From an uncultured Candidatus Saccharibacteria bacterium (lineage in GTDB: Bacteria > Patescibacteriota > Doudnabacteria > UBA920): DNA of 61,893 nucleotides. Location: the NCBI GenBank assembly GCA_964600695.1, contig CAZRKK010000006.1, positions 1 through 61,893 on the forward strand. Direction: 5' to 3'. Below, piece by piece: positions 32,020 through 41,975 of this stretch. Each line of letters opens with the position of its first letter. The stretch's first letter is position 1. The position numbers were made by a program, and so were the translations under genes. A model generated the notes under the pieces. It made no database searches. It worked only from the letters and a program-made list of their open reading frames with translations, and had not been told where the DNA came from.

Positions 32020-33598
32020 TAAAATCGGTTTTCATCAATATTCTTAGATGTTCTATAGCCTCTTCGTGAGTGGTGATCTGTTCGTGATCACGCAAAGTTT
32101 CTATGATTCTAATATACTCACCGAATTGCTTCCCTGGTTTTATATCTACTCCAAGTTCTGAAGCAACAGCAAAAATATCCTTACCACCGATTAAATCTTT
32201 AGAGCCAACTGTATCTAACTGGTGTTCGGCCACAGCTTTAGCCATAGTTTCCCCTGGAAGGTATGGGTCTACATCACAACCAGGAATAGTGCGGCCACGG
32301 CTGTCACTTTCAGAACAAGCTACTAAAACTTTCCAAGAAGTTGAACCTAATCTCTTAATAAATCTACGCACAGCGTTAGCGTAAGATTTTTCGTCCAAGG
32401 CACCTTTTTTAAGTTCATTATATAGTTGAACTGGTTTTAAATGATCACCCGCTGCTGCAGCCATCGCATCTACTACGTCCTGACCAAAGCTTAACCGCTT
32501 AGCAAATTGTTTTACTGGTTCACGACCTGCTTCTTCGTGACCTAAGGCTCTAATCTTTCCATCTATTATTTTAGTGGTGGCTGGTTTACCAAAATCATGA
32601 CCTAAAGAACCTAGCATTACCTGAATCTTTTCTTGATTTGTAAACTCTCGCTCTGGTTGACGAATAATTTTTGCGGCTGCGTCTACAACCATCATCGTAT
32701 GAACCCAAACATCCCCTTCTGGGTGCCACTCTTTTTCTTGTTGAACATCAATTAGGTCGTGTAACTCTGGGAAATGCTTTTCTACAATACCTAATTCTCT
32801 AGCCACTTCAAAACCAACAGAAGGCCTTTCTGATTTAAGTAATAACTTCTCCATTTCGGCTGTGATACGCTCGGGAGGTAATTCATTTAACGCACCGTCT
32901 GCAACCATTTCTTTCATTAACTGCAAACTTTGTGGTTCAATTTTAAAATCTAAGCGAGCGGCAAACTGCACTGCTCGCATAACTCTCAAAGGGTCATCTT
33001 TAAATCTCTCTGGGTCTGTGACGCGAAGAACCTTATCTTTTAGATCCTGAATACCACCATAATGATCAAACACTTCACCAGTCATTACGTCGGCAGCTAG
33101 AGCGTTCCAAGTAAAATCACGACGACGAGCGGCTTCAAATACAGTCATTGTCGGGTCACTGTTTGTAACAAACCCTTTATGACCACTACCGGCTTTTGAT
33201 TCGCTTCGTGGAATGGAAACATCAAATTCTACCGCATCACTAACTTTAATCTTCAAAATTCCAAACTGCTGACCTACTCTATCAACCTTACCAGGAAATA
33301 ACTGGTCTAATAATTCCTCTAGTCGCTCTGGGGACAAACCTAAAACTTCAATATCAGCATCCTTTGGATGACCACCAAGTAAGGCATCGCGAACAAAACC
33401 ACCAACCATCAAAGCTTGGGGTTGAAGTTCTGGATGTTTAGGGTCTGGCGGGCAAGAATAAACCTTGGCGGCAAATTCAGAAATTGGTTTTAATAATTCT
33501 GGATCTTGTTCGTGCAACAGTGCGCGCTGAACATCAGGATTAGAGATGTCCCGAGCTTGGGTATTTGATTCAAAATGTGAACCCTCTGGAGTCTTCAT
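32012..33598 (-). CDS. cca: CCA-adding enzyme / tRNA nucleotidyltransferase with C-terminal HD domain
   Basis: The polymerase-beta-type motif is LMVGGFVRDALLGGHPKDADIEV. The head-domain block RDFTWNAL is present, and the HD region is GHDFGKP. Confidence 0.75.
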   Translation of the reverse strand: MKTPEGSHFESNTQARDISNPDVQRALLHEQDPELLKPISEFAAKVYSCPPDPKHPELQPQALMVGGFVRDALLGGHPKDADIEVLGLSPERLEELLDQLFPGKVDRVGQQFGILKIKVSDAVEFDVSIPRSESKAGSGHKGFVTNSDPTMTVFEAARRRDFTWNALAADVMTGEVFDHYGGIQDLKDKVLRVTDPERFKDDPLRVMRAVQFAARLDFKIEPQSLQLMKEMVADGALNELPPERITAEMEKLLLKSERPSVGFEVARELGIVEKHFPELHDLIDVQQEKEWHPEGDVWVHTMMVVDAAAKIIRQPEREFTNQEKIQVMLGSLGHDFGKPATTKIIDGKIRALGHEEAGREPVKQFAKRLSFGQDVVDAMAAAAGDHLKPVQLYNELKKGALDEKSYANAVRRFIKRLGSTSWKVLVACSESDSRGRTIPGCDVDPYLPGETMAKAVAEHQLDTVGSKDLIGGKDIFAVASELGVDIKPGKQFGEYIRIIETLRDHEQITTHEEAIEHLRILMKTDFKK

Positions 33599-33621
33599 GT
33601 TAAGTTAAGTATACTATAAAA

Positions 33622-34719
33622 CTAAAGAGTGTTGTCTAAACCAACTGCCTCAGAAATGTTTTTTAAACCATCTCTTTTAAGTAACTTAACCAAACCTCGA
33701 TTAATCCCCCCTATTACCTGCGGGCCTTGATAAACTATTCCTGTAATCATTTGCACTAAATTTGCTCCTAGGCGAATTTTTTTATATGCATCTTCGGCTG
33801 TAAATACCCCACCAGAACCGATTAGAATATACCGGCCTTGAGTTTTGCGGTAGACATCACTAAGTAGTTTGTTAGATAGCTCCTCTACTACCTTACCGCT
33901 CAAACCACCTACGTCTGGTAAATTAGTATCTTTTATAGAGGAAAGATCACGCTGTTTGGTTAAGTTCGTGCAAACAATTCCAGCAATTTTATGTCGGGCA
34001 ATCACCGACAATAATAAATCTAAATCGGTTTCACTCATGTCAGGAGAAAACTTTACAAAAGTTGGTTTGATAGTAGGAATTTTATCAATCTCCGTTAAAA
34101 GTGCTTCGAGCCGATCTGGACTAGTAAACGGTTGACCACCGAATGCGTTTGGACAACTAATGTTAATAGTGGTGTAGGCTCCGATGCTCGACATTAGCTG
34201 GTGCGCTTTTACATAATCCTTAACACCCGCATCAGTTTCTACTGTTGCTCGACTATTAGTTTTGGCCACGCTAATTCCGACTGGGAAAGCAAACTTTCTA
34301 TTTTGTAAGCGCTGACTAATCACTTCGGCACCATCATTTTTTAAACCATAGTACACAACTAGTGACTTTGAATTTGGCAAGCGCCATAAGCGTTTATTAT
34401 CATTCCCAGCACAAGGTTCACCAGTTATCGAACCGACTTCTGCAAATCCAAAACCTACACTAGGTAAAATATCTAAGAGCTCTGCATTTTTATCAAAACC
34501 AGCAGACAAACCAATAGGGTTAGCAAAGTCGATACCTAGAATTTTTTGCTCCAACATAGCGGAGCGAAAATTAAATAGTTTGCCAACTAACAATTTTGTG
34601 AAATTAAACTTTCCTAAAAATATTCCAATTTTTGTGATCGAGTCGTGAACAAATTCTGGATCTAATCTAAAGGCAATTGGTTTGAATATATTTTGATAGA
34701 AAAAGTTTATTATAGCCAT
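33622..34719 (-). CDS. pyrD: Dihydroorotate dehydrogenase (class 2-like)
   Basis: The motifs are GLSAGFDKN, INISCPNA and GGLSG, with IGSGGV near the C-terminus. The start is set at MAIINFF, and the upstream 8 codons are doubtful. Confidence 0.85.
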   Translation of the reverse strand: MAIINFFYQNIFKPIAFRLDPEFVHDSITKIGIFLGKFNFTKLLVGKLFNFRSAMLEQKILGIDFANPIGLSAGFDKNAELLDILPSVGFGFAEVGSITGEPCAGNDNKRLWRLPNSKSLVVYYGLKNDGAEVISQRLQNRKFAFPVGISVAKTNSRATVETDAGVKDYVKAHQLMSSIGAYTTINISCPNAFGGQPFTSPDRLEALLTEIDKIPTIKPTFVKFSPDMSETDLDLLLSVIARHKIAGIVCTNLTKQRDLSSIKDTNLPDVGGLSGKVVEELSNKLLSDVYRKTQGRYILIGSGGVFTAEDAYKKIRLGANLVQMITGIVYQGPQVIGGINRGLVKLLKRDGLKNISEAVGLDNTL

Positions 34720-34767
34720 AATTATATGATGACCCCACTCCATATTAAAGTCAACAGTCCACTTTAG

Positions 34768-36423
34768 GTGTATAATTACAACATGATAACCAAACTAAAA
34801 GAGTTACTAAAAGGTGATGTAGAAGACGGTGCTAAAATAAGATCCACTTATAGCCATGATGCTAGCCTTTTCGAAATCAAACCAGAAGCTGTGGTCTTTC
34901 CTAAAGATTCAGAAGATTTATGCAAACTTGTTAAATATGTGGCTAGCCAAAAATCTGAACAGCCAGAGCTATCTTTAACAGCTAGAAGCGGTGGTACTGA
35001 TATGTCTGGTGGAGCCATTAATAACTCTATAATTGTTGCTTTTGAGAGGTATTTTAACCATGTTGGCGAAGTATCTAAAGGACTAATTACTACCCAACCA
35101 GGGGTTTATTATCATGATTTTGAACCTAAGACCTTAGCTCAGAATCTACTTATGCCTTCCTACCCAGCCTCTAGAGAAATCTGTATGATGGGTGGGATTG
35201 TGAGTAATAATTCTGGTGGTGAAAAATCTTTGATCTACGGAAAGACAATCGACTATGTTAAGCAAGTTAAAGTTGTTTTAGCTGATGGTAACGAATACAC
35301 TTTTGGTCCTATTAATAGAGAACAGTTAGACGAAAAGTTAATAGCACCAGGACTCGAGGGAGAAATTTACCGAACTGTTTATACCCTTGTTGCCGAACAC
35401 GCACAATTAATAAAAGATGCTAAGCCTAAAGTAAGTAAAAATTCTACAGGCTACAACATATGGAATGTTTGGGACGGAACAACTTTTGACTTAAGTAAAT
35501 TAATTGTTGGTGCTCAAGGAACACTAGGATTAATTACCGAAGCAACATTTAGTTTAGTTCCTGCAAAACCACTTTCTGGAATGATGGTTGTCTTTATGAA
35601 GTCTCTCGATAGTTTAAGTGATGTTGTAAAAGCATTACTACCTCTCAAACCAAGCAGTTTAGAATCGTTTGATGACCACACCCTAAGGTTCGCATTTCGT
35701 TTCTTTTATACTTTTAGAAAAACTTTGGGTTGGAAGAAGTTTATATTCTTAGCCCTGAGTTTTATTCCTATCATAGATAACATGCTCCGATTCTTACCAC
35801 ACTTTCCGAAGTTGGTAATCTTAGTAGAATTTGAAGGAGACACTCAAGAAGAAATTGATGCCAAATTAGTTGCGGTAGAAAAAAGCTTAGAGCCATTTGA
35901 TGTAGACACTCAACTAGCCGAAGACAAAAAGCACGAAGAAAAGTTTTGGATTATGCGACGCGAAAGTTTTAATCTACTTCGTAAAAACGTAAAAAGAAAA
36001 CACACTGCCCCATTTATCGATGACTTAATTGTACCACCAACAGATCTACCAGAATTTTTACCAAGACTAATAAAAATATTGGAAAAATACAAGCTGTTAT
36101 ATACAATTGCTGGTCATGTTGGTGACGGAAATTTTCACGTTATTCCTTTAATGGATTTAAGCGACCCTAGAGAACGAGAGAAAATTCCACTAGTTTTAGA
36201 AGAAGCAGTGCCACTAATTTTAGAATACGGCGGATCTCTTTCTGGAGAACACAATGACGGCTTGATAAGAGGACCGTTTTTAAAACGAATGTACAGCCCA
36301 GAAATAATGATGATGTTTAAAAAAATTAAAAACACTTTCGATCCATTGAACATATTCAATCCTCATAAGAAAATTGATGCTGAATGGGATTATTCCAAAA
36401 ACCATATTAGAAGAGGGTTTTAA
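34768..36423 (+). CDS. FAD-binding oxidoreductase (GlcD / D-lactate dehydrogenase-like, PCMH type)
   Basis: ARSGGTDMSGGAIN lies in the FAD-binding domain, and the C-terminal block is GGSLSGEHNDGLIRGPF. 551 aa with a GTG start. An alternative ATG lies at 34783. Confidence 0.75.
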   Translation: MYNYNMITKLKELLKGDVEDGAKIRSTYSHDASLFEIKPEAVVFPKDSEDLCKLVKYVASQKSEQPELSLTARSGGTDMSGGAINNSIIVAFERYFNHVGEVSKGLITTQPGVYYHDFEPKTLAQNLLMPSYPASREICMMGGIVSNNSGGEKSLIYGKTIDYVKQVKVVLADGNEYTFGPINREQLDEKLIAPGLEGEIYRTVYTLVAEHAQLIKDAKPKVSKNSTGYNIWNVWDGTTFDLSKLIVGAQGTLGLITEATFSLVPAKPLSGMMVVFMKSLDSLSDVVKALLPLKPSSLESFDDHTLRFAFRFFYTFRKTLGWKKFIFLALSFIPIIDNMLRFLPHFPKLVILVEFEGDTQEEIDAKLVAVEKSLEPFDVDTQLAEDKKHEEKFWIMRRESFNLLRKNVKRKHTAPFIDDLIVPPTDLPEFLPRLIKILEKYKLLYTIAGHVGDGNFHVIPLMDLSDPREREKIPLVLEEAVPLILEYGGSLSGEHNDGLIRGPFLKRMYSPEIMMMFKKIKNTFDPLNIFNPHKKIDAEWDYSKNHIRRGF

Positions 36424-36497
36424 AGGCTGGATTTGCCAAAAACAGCCTTATTTGCTATAATATTTAAAAGAAATTAATTAATGTTATAAAAAGTTCT

Positions 36498-36566
36498 ATG
36501 GCTAAGGGAAACAACTCTCATAAAAAAGAGGTCAAGAAACCAAAAAAAGACAAAAAAAAGAAGTAG
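36498..36566 (+). CDS. 22-codon Lys-rich micro-ORF (speculative)
   Basis: Translation is MAKGNNSHKKEVKKPKKDKKKK. Its stop is embedded in a GAAGTAG-TGCAAG-CTACTTC hairpin followed by TTTT. Confidence 0.25.
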   Translation: MAKGNNSHKKEVKKPKKDKKKK

Positions 36567-36664
36567 TGCAAGCTACTTCTTTTTAAACCCTAAACTTTAG
36601 ATATTGGCGCCGATCACTAAACTAACTTACGAAATTCATTCTTAGCTAATTTACCAACAACTCA

Positions 36665-37258
36665 ATGAAAATTAAATCTACACAATTAATTACTCGCGTT
36701 ACTACTGGTGACGACATCCCCCACTCAGATTCCGGTGTTGATTACCGACACGTGGCTTTTATTGGTCGCTCCAATGTTGGAAAGTCTAGTGTGATTAATG
36801 CGCTTGCCAGTAAAAAGGATTTGGCAAAATCTAGCTCCTCCCCAGGATTCACAAAGTCTATTAATTTTTATTTAATCAACAAAGATTTCTATTTAGTGGA
36901 TCTTCCGGGTTATGGTTATGCTCAAGGTTCTTTAAAAGAACGTCATCGATTACTTCAATTAATTGAATGGTACTTAACATACCCAGACTTAACAGACAAT
37001 CAACTTATAGTTTTAATAGTGGACGCAAAAGTTGGTCTAACCAAAGATGATTTAGAAATGTTAGTATTGCTTAGACGCCTTAAGAAACATGTTGTGGTTA
37101 TGGCAAACAAAATTGATAAGCTTAAAAAGAATGCTGTGGCCAAACAAATTGCTGAAATTACCAAATTAGCAGATCCTTTTATGGTTATCCCGACTTCGGC
37201 TGTAGACAAAATTGGTATCCCAGCACTTACAAAAGAAATTTTTACACATGCAGACTAA
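36665..37258 (+). CDS. engB: Ribosome-biogenesis GTPase EngB/YihA
   Basis: The G1 motif is FIGRSNVGKSSVINAL, the G3 motif is DLPGYG, and the G4 motif is NKIDKL. Confidence 0.85.
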   Translation: MKIKSTQLITRVTTGDDIPHSDSGVDYRHVAFIGRSNVGKSSVINALASKKDLAKSSSSPGFTKSINFYLINKDFYLVDLPGYGYAQGSLKERHRLLQLIEWYLTYPDLTDNQLIVLIVDAKVGLTKDDLEMLVLLRRLKKHVVVMANKIDKLKKNAVAKQIAEITKLADPFMVIPTSAVDKIGIPALTKEIFTHAD

Positions 37259-38582
37259 GCCAAAGAACAGCGGCAAAAAAAATCAAGGTGCGCATTATGA
37301 TGTTATTGTAGTTGGTGGTGGTCCTGCGGGGATGATGGCAGCTGGTCGAGCCGCAGAACTTGGCGCACGAGTTGCATTGATAGAAAAAAACGATAAGCTT
37401 GGCAAGAAATTACTAATCACTGGAGGTGGTCGTTGCAATATTACCAACGCCGAATTTGATGTTCATAAAATGGTGGCTAAGTATGGCAAAAAGGGTAAGG
37501 CCTTGTTTGGTTCGTTTAGTCGATTTGGTGTAGAAGATACAATCGAGTTTTTTGAGGCGCGGGGTTTAAGTATAAAAGTTGAGGCAGAACAGCGCGCGTT
37601 TCCTAAAAGCAATAAAGCTCAAGATGTTTGGAAAACTTTAGTTGAATATCTAAAGAGCACGGGCGTGGATGTTATCTCTAACTCCCCTGTTAAAAAGGTG
37701 TTGTTTGAAGAATCTGGTGCAAATGATGACGTCTTTGGAAAAATTACCGGCATTGTCACCAGTACTGTTGGTAAAAAGAAGGTGCAAACAACTTACACCG
37801 CCTCCAATTACGTTATTGCCACAGGAGGCCGTTCTCGACCCGAAACAGGCTCTACAGGTGAAGGTTTTGAATGGATGACCAGCTTAGGCCATTCTGTGGA
37901 AGAGACAGATGCCGCGCTAGTACCAGTTAAAATAAAGGAAGATTGGGTTAAAAAGCTGTCTGGGTTAAGCTTCGCTAATGCTAAATTAACTGTTATTCAA
38001 GAAGGTACAAAACAAGACTCGCGTGTAGGCAAAATGTTGTTCACTCACTTTGGAATTAGCGGGCCATTAGTTTTGAATATGAGTAAGAACATTACTGAGT
38101 TATTTAAATACGCACCTGTTTCCTTAGAGTTAGATTTATATCCAGACCTAGACTTAGTCGCTTTGGATAAAAAAATGTTAACCGATTTAAGCAGTGGTCT
38201 AAACAAACAGATTAAAAATAATCTTGGCGGTCTGGTTCCTCCAAAGATGATTCCAGCTATTTTAGAGCTGACAAAAATTAATCCTGAGACAGAAGGTAAT
38301 AGTTTAACCAAAGAACAACGTCGCAAGATAGTGACTTTAGTTAAAGCTTTACCTATGACAGTTGATGGATTACTTGGTGTAGAAAAAGCAGTGGTAACTT
38401 CTGGTGGTGTAAGCCTAAAAGAAATTGATTTTAAAACCATGCAGTCAAAACTTTACGATAATTTATATCTCGCTGGGGACATTTTAAACTTCGATCGCCC
38501 CTCTGGTGGATTTAGTTTACAAATCTGTTGGACGACAGGATATCTAGCTGGTGAAAACAGCGCGAAAAATAGTGCAAAATAA
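37248..38582 (+). CDS. HI0933/YhiN (BaiN)-family NAD(P)/FAD-dependent flavoprotein
   Basis: YDVIVVGGGPAGMMAAGRAAELGARVALIEKNDKLGKKLLITGGGRCNITN is the family signature. The start is set at the ATG at 37248, while the track ORF begins at 37212 inside engB. Confidence 0.8.
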   Translation: MQTKPKNSGKKNQGAHYDVIVVGGGPAGMMAAGRAAELGARVALIEKNDKLGKKLLITGGGRCNITNAEFDVHKMVAKYGKKGKALFGSFSRFGVEDTIEFFEARGLSIKVEAEQRAFPKSNKAQDVWKTLVEYLKSTGVDVISNSPVKKVLFEESGANDDVFGKITGIVTSTVGKKKVQTTYTASNYVIATGGRSRPETGSTGEGFEWMTSLGHSVEETDAALVPVKIKEDWVKKLSGLSFANAKLTVIQEGTKQDSRVGKMLFTHFGISGPLVLNMSKNITELFKYAPVSLELDLYPDLDLVALDKKMLTDLSSGLNKQIKNNLGGLVPPKMIPAILELTKINPETEGNSLTKEQRRKIVTLVKALPMTVDGLLGVEKAVVTSGGVSLKEIDFKTMQSKLYDNLYLAGDILNFDRPSGGFSLQICWTTGYLAGENSAKNSAK

Positions 38583-38585
38583 AAA

Positions 38586-38614
38586 ACCGGGTCTGTGTGA
38601 CTCGGTTTTATTTT
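38586..38614. terminator. Intrinsic terminator
   Basis: The hairpin ACCGGGTC-TGTGT-GACTCGGT (one G-U pair) is followed by TTTTATTTT. Confidence 0.65.
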
Positions 38615-38631
38615 AGACTCAGTAGCAAATA

Positions 38632-39333
38632 TTAATGCGATAGAATCTTCTCAACCAGTGCAACAGTTAGGACAGCAATAGGAAAAACTAAAACTAAAAT
38701 GCCCGCGCCGAATGAAAAGAAAAATATTCTCTTTTCCATTTCTTCCTTTTTTTTAATCCACTCTTTATTTCGGCTGTCTATTTCTATCCTCTTCCAATAA
38801 TCTTCATTATATAATCCTCCGGACTTATATTTTTCTATCCACGGCGCAAGTAATTGCAAAGCTACGTGAGGGTCTTCTGAATTGGGTCGAAGAGTACCAT
38901 AATATTCTTCGTCCAATGCTCGGCAAAATTCAATTTCTTTTTCGGAGATTTCCTTATACCTCAACGCGACAGCAACTCTAGAATTATCACCACCCTCAGC
39001 AAGACTTTGTTTATACAAACCTTGTGCCAAGAGCGTAATCCCTTTCATCACAGTGACTTCTTGATTGCTTCCTTCTAATACTTGAGCAAAAGTATCCATT
39101 TCGGACAGCTCTTGTTTAAGAGATTCTTCTATGGATAGATTGTCTTCTTTAGCTCGTTTTAGAAGTTGTTTGAACAACCCATCCGAGAACTCTTTTAAAC
39201 CACCCAACATCTGTTGATTAAAACCACATAACGCCATTATCTTATCCTCCAAATATAGATTAACTGCATTGTCAAGATAACAAAATATTGGTATACTAAG
39301 CAAAAATATCAGTATTTTTGAGTATTTAGTCAA
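38632..39333 (-). CDS. Hypothetical membrane protein (TM at both termini)
   Basis: 233-aa ORF with hydrophobic N- and C-terminal segments. Confidence 0.45.
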   Translation of the reverse strand: MTKYSKILIFLLSIPIFCYLDNAVNLYLEDKIMALCGFNQQMLGGLKEFSDGLFKQLLKRAKEDNLSIEESLKQELSEMDTFAQVLEGSNQEVTVMKGITLLAQGLYKQSLAEGGDNSRVAVALRYKEISEKEIEFCRALDEEYYGTLRPNSEDPHVALQLLAPWIEKYKSGGLYNEDYWKRIEIDSRNKEWIKKKEEMEKRIFFFSFGAGILVLVFPIAVLTVALVEKILSH

Positions 39334-39347
39334 CTATTTGTTTACTT

Positions 39348-40184
39348 ATGATAACCATGACTTTAGAGAAATTAATAATTAATTCATTACAAAAAGGTGA
39401 GCTCTTAAATTCAGAGCTTATTAAAGCTATTCAAAAACAAAGAATCGGGACGACCAAACAAGGTGTATATAAAGCCTTAAAAAAGCTAGAAAATGAAGAA
39501 ATTATTATCTCCCACAAACAAAGCAGTGCCCTAAACCTAAATTGGATTTTTGAAACTCAGGAATTTATGGCGCAAGCTCAGTTTTACTATTCCAAACAAA
39601 CTAATAACTCTCTAAACTTTTTAACTTTAAATAATAAGAGTAAAATTGTATATCACTTCCCTACTTTAATCGAACTAGACTCTTTCTGGAATCAAGTATT
39701 ATATATTCTCAATGACGCAGTCCCAACCAAAGAGCCGTTATTTGCTTACAATCCACATCAATGGTTTTTTTATTCTCGGAAGAAGAATGAAAAAAACTTA
39801 ATTAAAGCTTTTCAACTAAAAAACAGGAAGTGCTTAGTAAGTTTAGTTCATAAAGATTCACTGAACATTAATCTAAAGCGCAATTATAACGGCGAAGATG
39901 TTCAATATGCATTTGAGACTAAGCTTTTGTTTGATAAACCGAATTTATACTTTAATTGCATAGGGGAATTTTTGATAGAAACTCTTATTGACCCAAGTAT
40001 TAATTCAGAATTGGATAAATTCTTTAAAAAGCATAAGACTTACACTCAAGAAGCACAGAATGAATTGGATTCAATAGTTAGATTAAGTGGTAAACATAAA
40101 ATGATGATCAGCAAAAATAATAAAAAGATTTCTCTCTACAAAAACCATCTTGCTAAAAAGTTTATAATCAACTTAAACAAATAA
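39348..40184 (+). CDS. Hypothetical protein with N-terminal winged-helix-like region
   Basis: 278 aa. TKQGVYKALKKLENEEIIISHK resembles a wHTH recognition helix and wing. Confidence 0.45.
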   Translation: MITMTLEKLIINSLQKGELLNSELIKAIQKQRIGTTKQGVYKALKKLENEEIIISHKQSSALNLNWIFETQEFMAQAQFYYSKQTNNSLNFLTLNNKSKIVYHFPTLIELDSFWNQVLYILNDAVPTKEPLFAYNPHQWFFYSRKKNEKNLIKAFQLKNRKCLVSLVHKDSLNINLKRNYNGEDVQYAFETKLLFDKPNLYFNCIGEFLIETLIDPSINSELDKFFKKHKTYTQEAQNELDSIVRLSGKHKMMISKNNKKISLYKNHLAKKFIINLNK

Positions 40185-40204
40185 ACCGCCTAATGGCGGT
40201 TTTA
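40184..40204. terminator. Intrinsic terminator
   Basis: The hairpin AACCGCC-TAAT-GGCGGTT is followed by TTAT. Confidence 0.6.
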
Positions 40205-40214
40205 TAACAACTAT

Positions 40215-40460
40215 TTATTTTAAAGATTGTATCAATTCTAGCTTCCTTACACGCAACCACTTCTTTACCTCTGCTTCACGTTTTAGTGCCGATGACAAAG
40301 TCCTAAACTTTTCGGAATGAACTATCTTACCACCACCATGCGCTCGAACATACTTGGAACCAAGACCAGAATTATGGTCCTCCTCACGTTTAACTAAATC
40401 TTTTGTATAACCACAATAAAGAGTTTTATCTTTGCATTGTAATATATAAAAGTAATGCAT
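40215..40460 (-). CDS. GIY-YIG domain protein (UPF0213-type)
   Basis: MHYFYILQCKDKTLYCGYTKDLVKREEDHNSG contains the GIY...YxG motif and conserved E/H/N residues. Confidence 0.8.
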   Translation of the reverse strand: MHYFYILQCKDKTLYCGYTKDLVKREEDHNSGLGSKYVRAHGGGKIVHSEKFRTLSSALKREAEVKKWLRVRKLELIQSLK

Positions 40461-41935
40461 TAGAGCGAAGCCAAATCCACAACCTGGTCCACTCTTACCT
40501 GAGCTACAAAGTCTGGAACGTGAGAAACCATCAACATTGCGCCTTCATATTCATCTAAAGCCTTTGCAATAATTGGTAAATGACGGAAGTTAATATGGTT
40601 AGTGGGCTCATCCAAAATTAACAATCCTGGCTGTTGAAGCATTAATCGGCAAAACGCCAATAAACCTTTTTGTCCTTCGGATAATGATCCAATTTTATTA
40701 CCTAAAAGCTTGCCGTCTAATAAAAACCCAGCAGCTGTAGAACGCAAAGTATGTTCATCAAAAATCTGCATTACGTTTTTAAGCGCGTCGAAACCTGTTT
40801 GCTCGAAATCAAAGTTACTAAAATCTTGTTTGTAATAGCCGATCTTTACTTCTGGTGCGATCTTAAAACCTTCACCCTTTCCTGCAGCGATAGTTTCTAA
40901 CAAAGTACTTTTACCTATGCCATTCGGACCGCTAAATAAAATATGGGTATTTTTGCGCACTACTAACTCTATATCCTTTGATACTTTCTCCCCGTCTTTA
41001 AATGCAGAAACATGGTCAAATTCAATTATCTTTCCATCAAAGAAAGAGTCAAACTGTTGGGTGGGAATGTTAAAATCTCGAATCGTTTTATCTTCTTTGC
41101 GAACATCTACCATATTCTCTTCGGCTTCTTCTACCGCATCTCGCATACGCTTAGCTACAGCACGAAGCTTTCCACCTTTGTGAGCAAAGACTTCAGCCTG
41201 AGAACGCTTTTCTTTAATTTGCATCTGAGCGCGAGCGTTTTGAGCATTTTCACGTTCGATACGCTTGCCAATTTCTTCTACTACATCATAATAGTTGCCT
41301 GTGTACTGCTCGATCTTTTTAGTAAAAGAGTCTAAATACAACACTCCGTCAGAAAATGCATTTAAAAAGTCGGCATCATGAGAAATTACCAAACAAGTTT
41401 TTTCGTACATCATCAAAAACCCCGTAAGATGTTCGATTCCTTGTTTGTCTAAATTGTTAGTCGGCTCATCTAGTAATAAAATATCTGGTTCCTGAATTAA
41501 AGCATGAGCCAAAAGCAAGCGAGCTTGCTGACCACCAGAAAATTGTTTAACTTTTTTTACACTAAATTGCTCTTGAGGTAATTCTAAGTGAACAACTTCC
41601 AAAACATTCTTAATGTGCTTATCCAGCGAGTATTCTTTTTCTGTAAAAGCTGTCGCAAAATAATCATGGACAGTTAAGTCCATAGCTTCTTGAGGCATTA
41701 CCTGCCGAGCAATTCCTACAGTGGCATCACTAGGTGTTCTATATATATCACCTTCTTTAGGGCGAAGCTCCCCAGTAATAAGTTTAAATAAAGTGCTCTT
41801 GCCAGCGCCGTTCTGCCCCATCAAAGTAATACGACTACCGGTGCGCAAAGAAAAACTAGCTTCAGAAAGAAGCTGTTTATGAGAACCATGTTCAAAAGTG
41901 ACGTCGGAAAAACGTAAGATTACATTGTCTGCCAT
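40460..41935 (-). CDS. ABC-F family ATPase (two ABC domains, no TMD)
   Basis: The Walker A motifs are GQNGAGKST and GPNGIGKST. The ABC signatures are FSGGQQARL and LSEGQKGL. An inter-domain charged linker is present. 491 aa. Confidence 0.8.
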   Translation of the reverse strand: MADNVILRFSDVTFEHGSHKQLLSEASFSLRTGSRITLMGQNGAGKSTLFKLITGELRPKEGDIYRTPSDATVGIARQVMPQEAMDLTVHDYFATAFTEKEYSLDKHIKNVLEVVHLELPQEQFSVKKVKQFSGGQQARLLLAHALIQEPDILLLDEPTNNLDKQGIEHLTGFLMMYEKTCLVISHDADFLNAFSDGVLYLDSFTKKIEQYTGNYYDVVEEIGKRIERENAQNARAQMQIKEKRSQAEVFAHKGGKLRAVAKRMRDAVEEAEENMVDVRKEDKTIRDFNIPTQQFDSFFDGKIIEFDHVSAFKDGEKVSKDIELVVRKNTHILFSGPNGIGKSTLLETIAAGKGEGFKIAPEVKIGYYKQDFSNFDFEQTGFDALKNVMQIFDEHTLRSTAAGFLLDGKLLGNKIGSLSEGQKGLLAFCRLMLQQPGLLILDEPTNHINFRHLPIIAKALDEYEGAMLMVSHVPDFVAQVRVDQVVDLASL

Positions 41936-41975
41936 TTGGATAGTTTAACACAAAACAATCAATAAATAAAGACCA

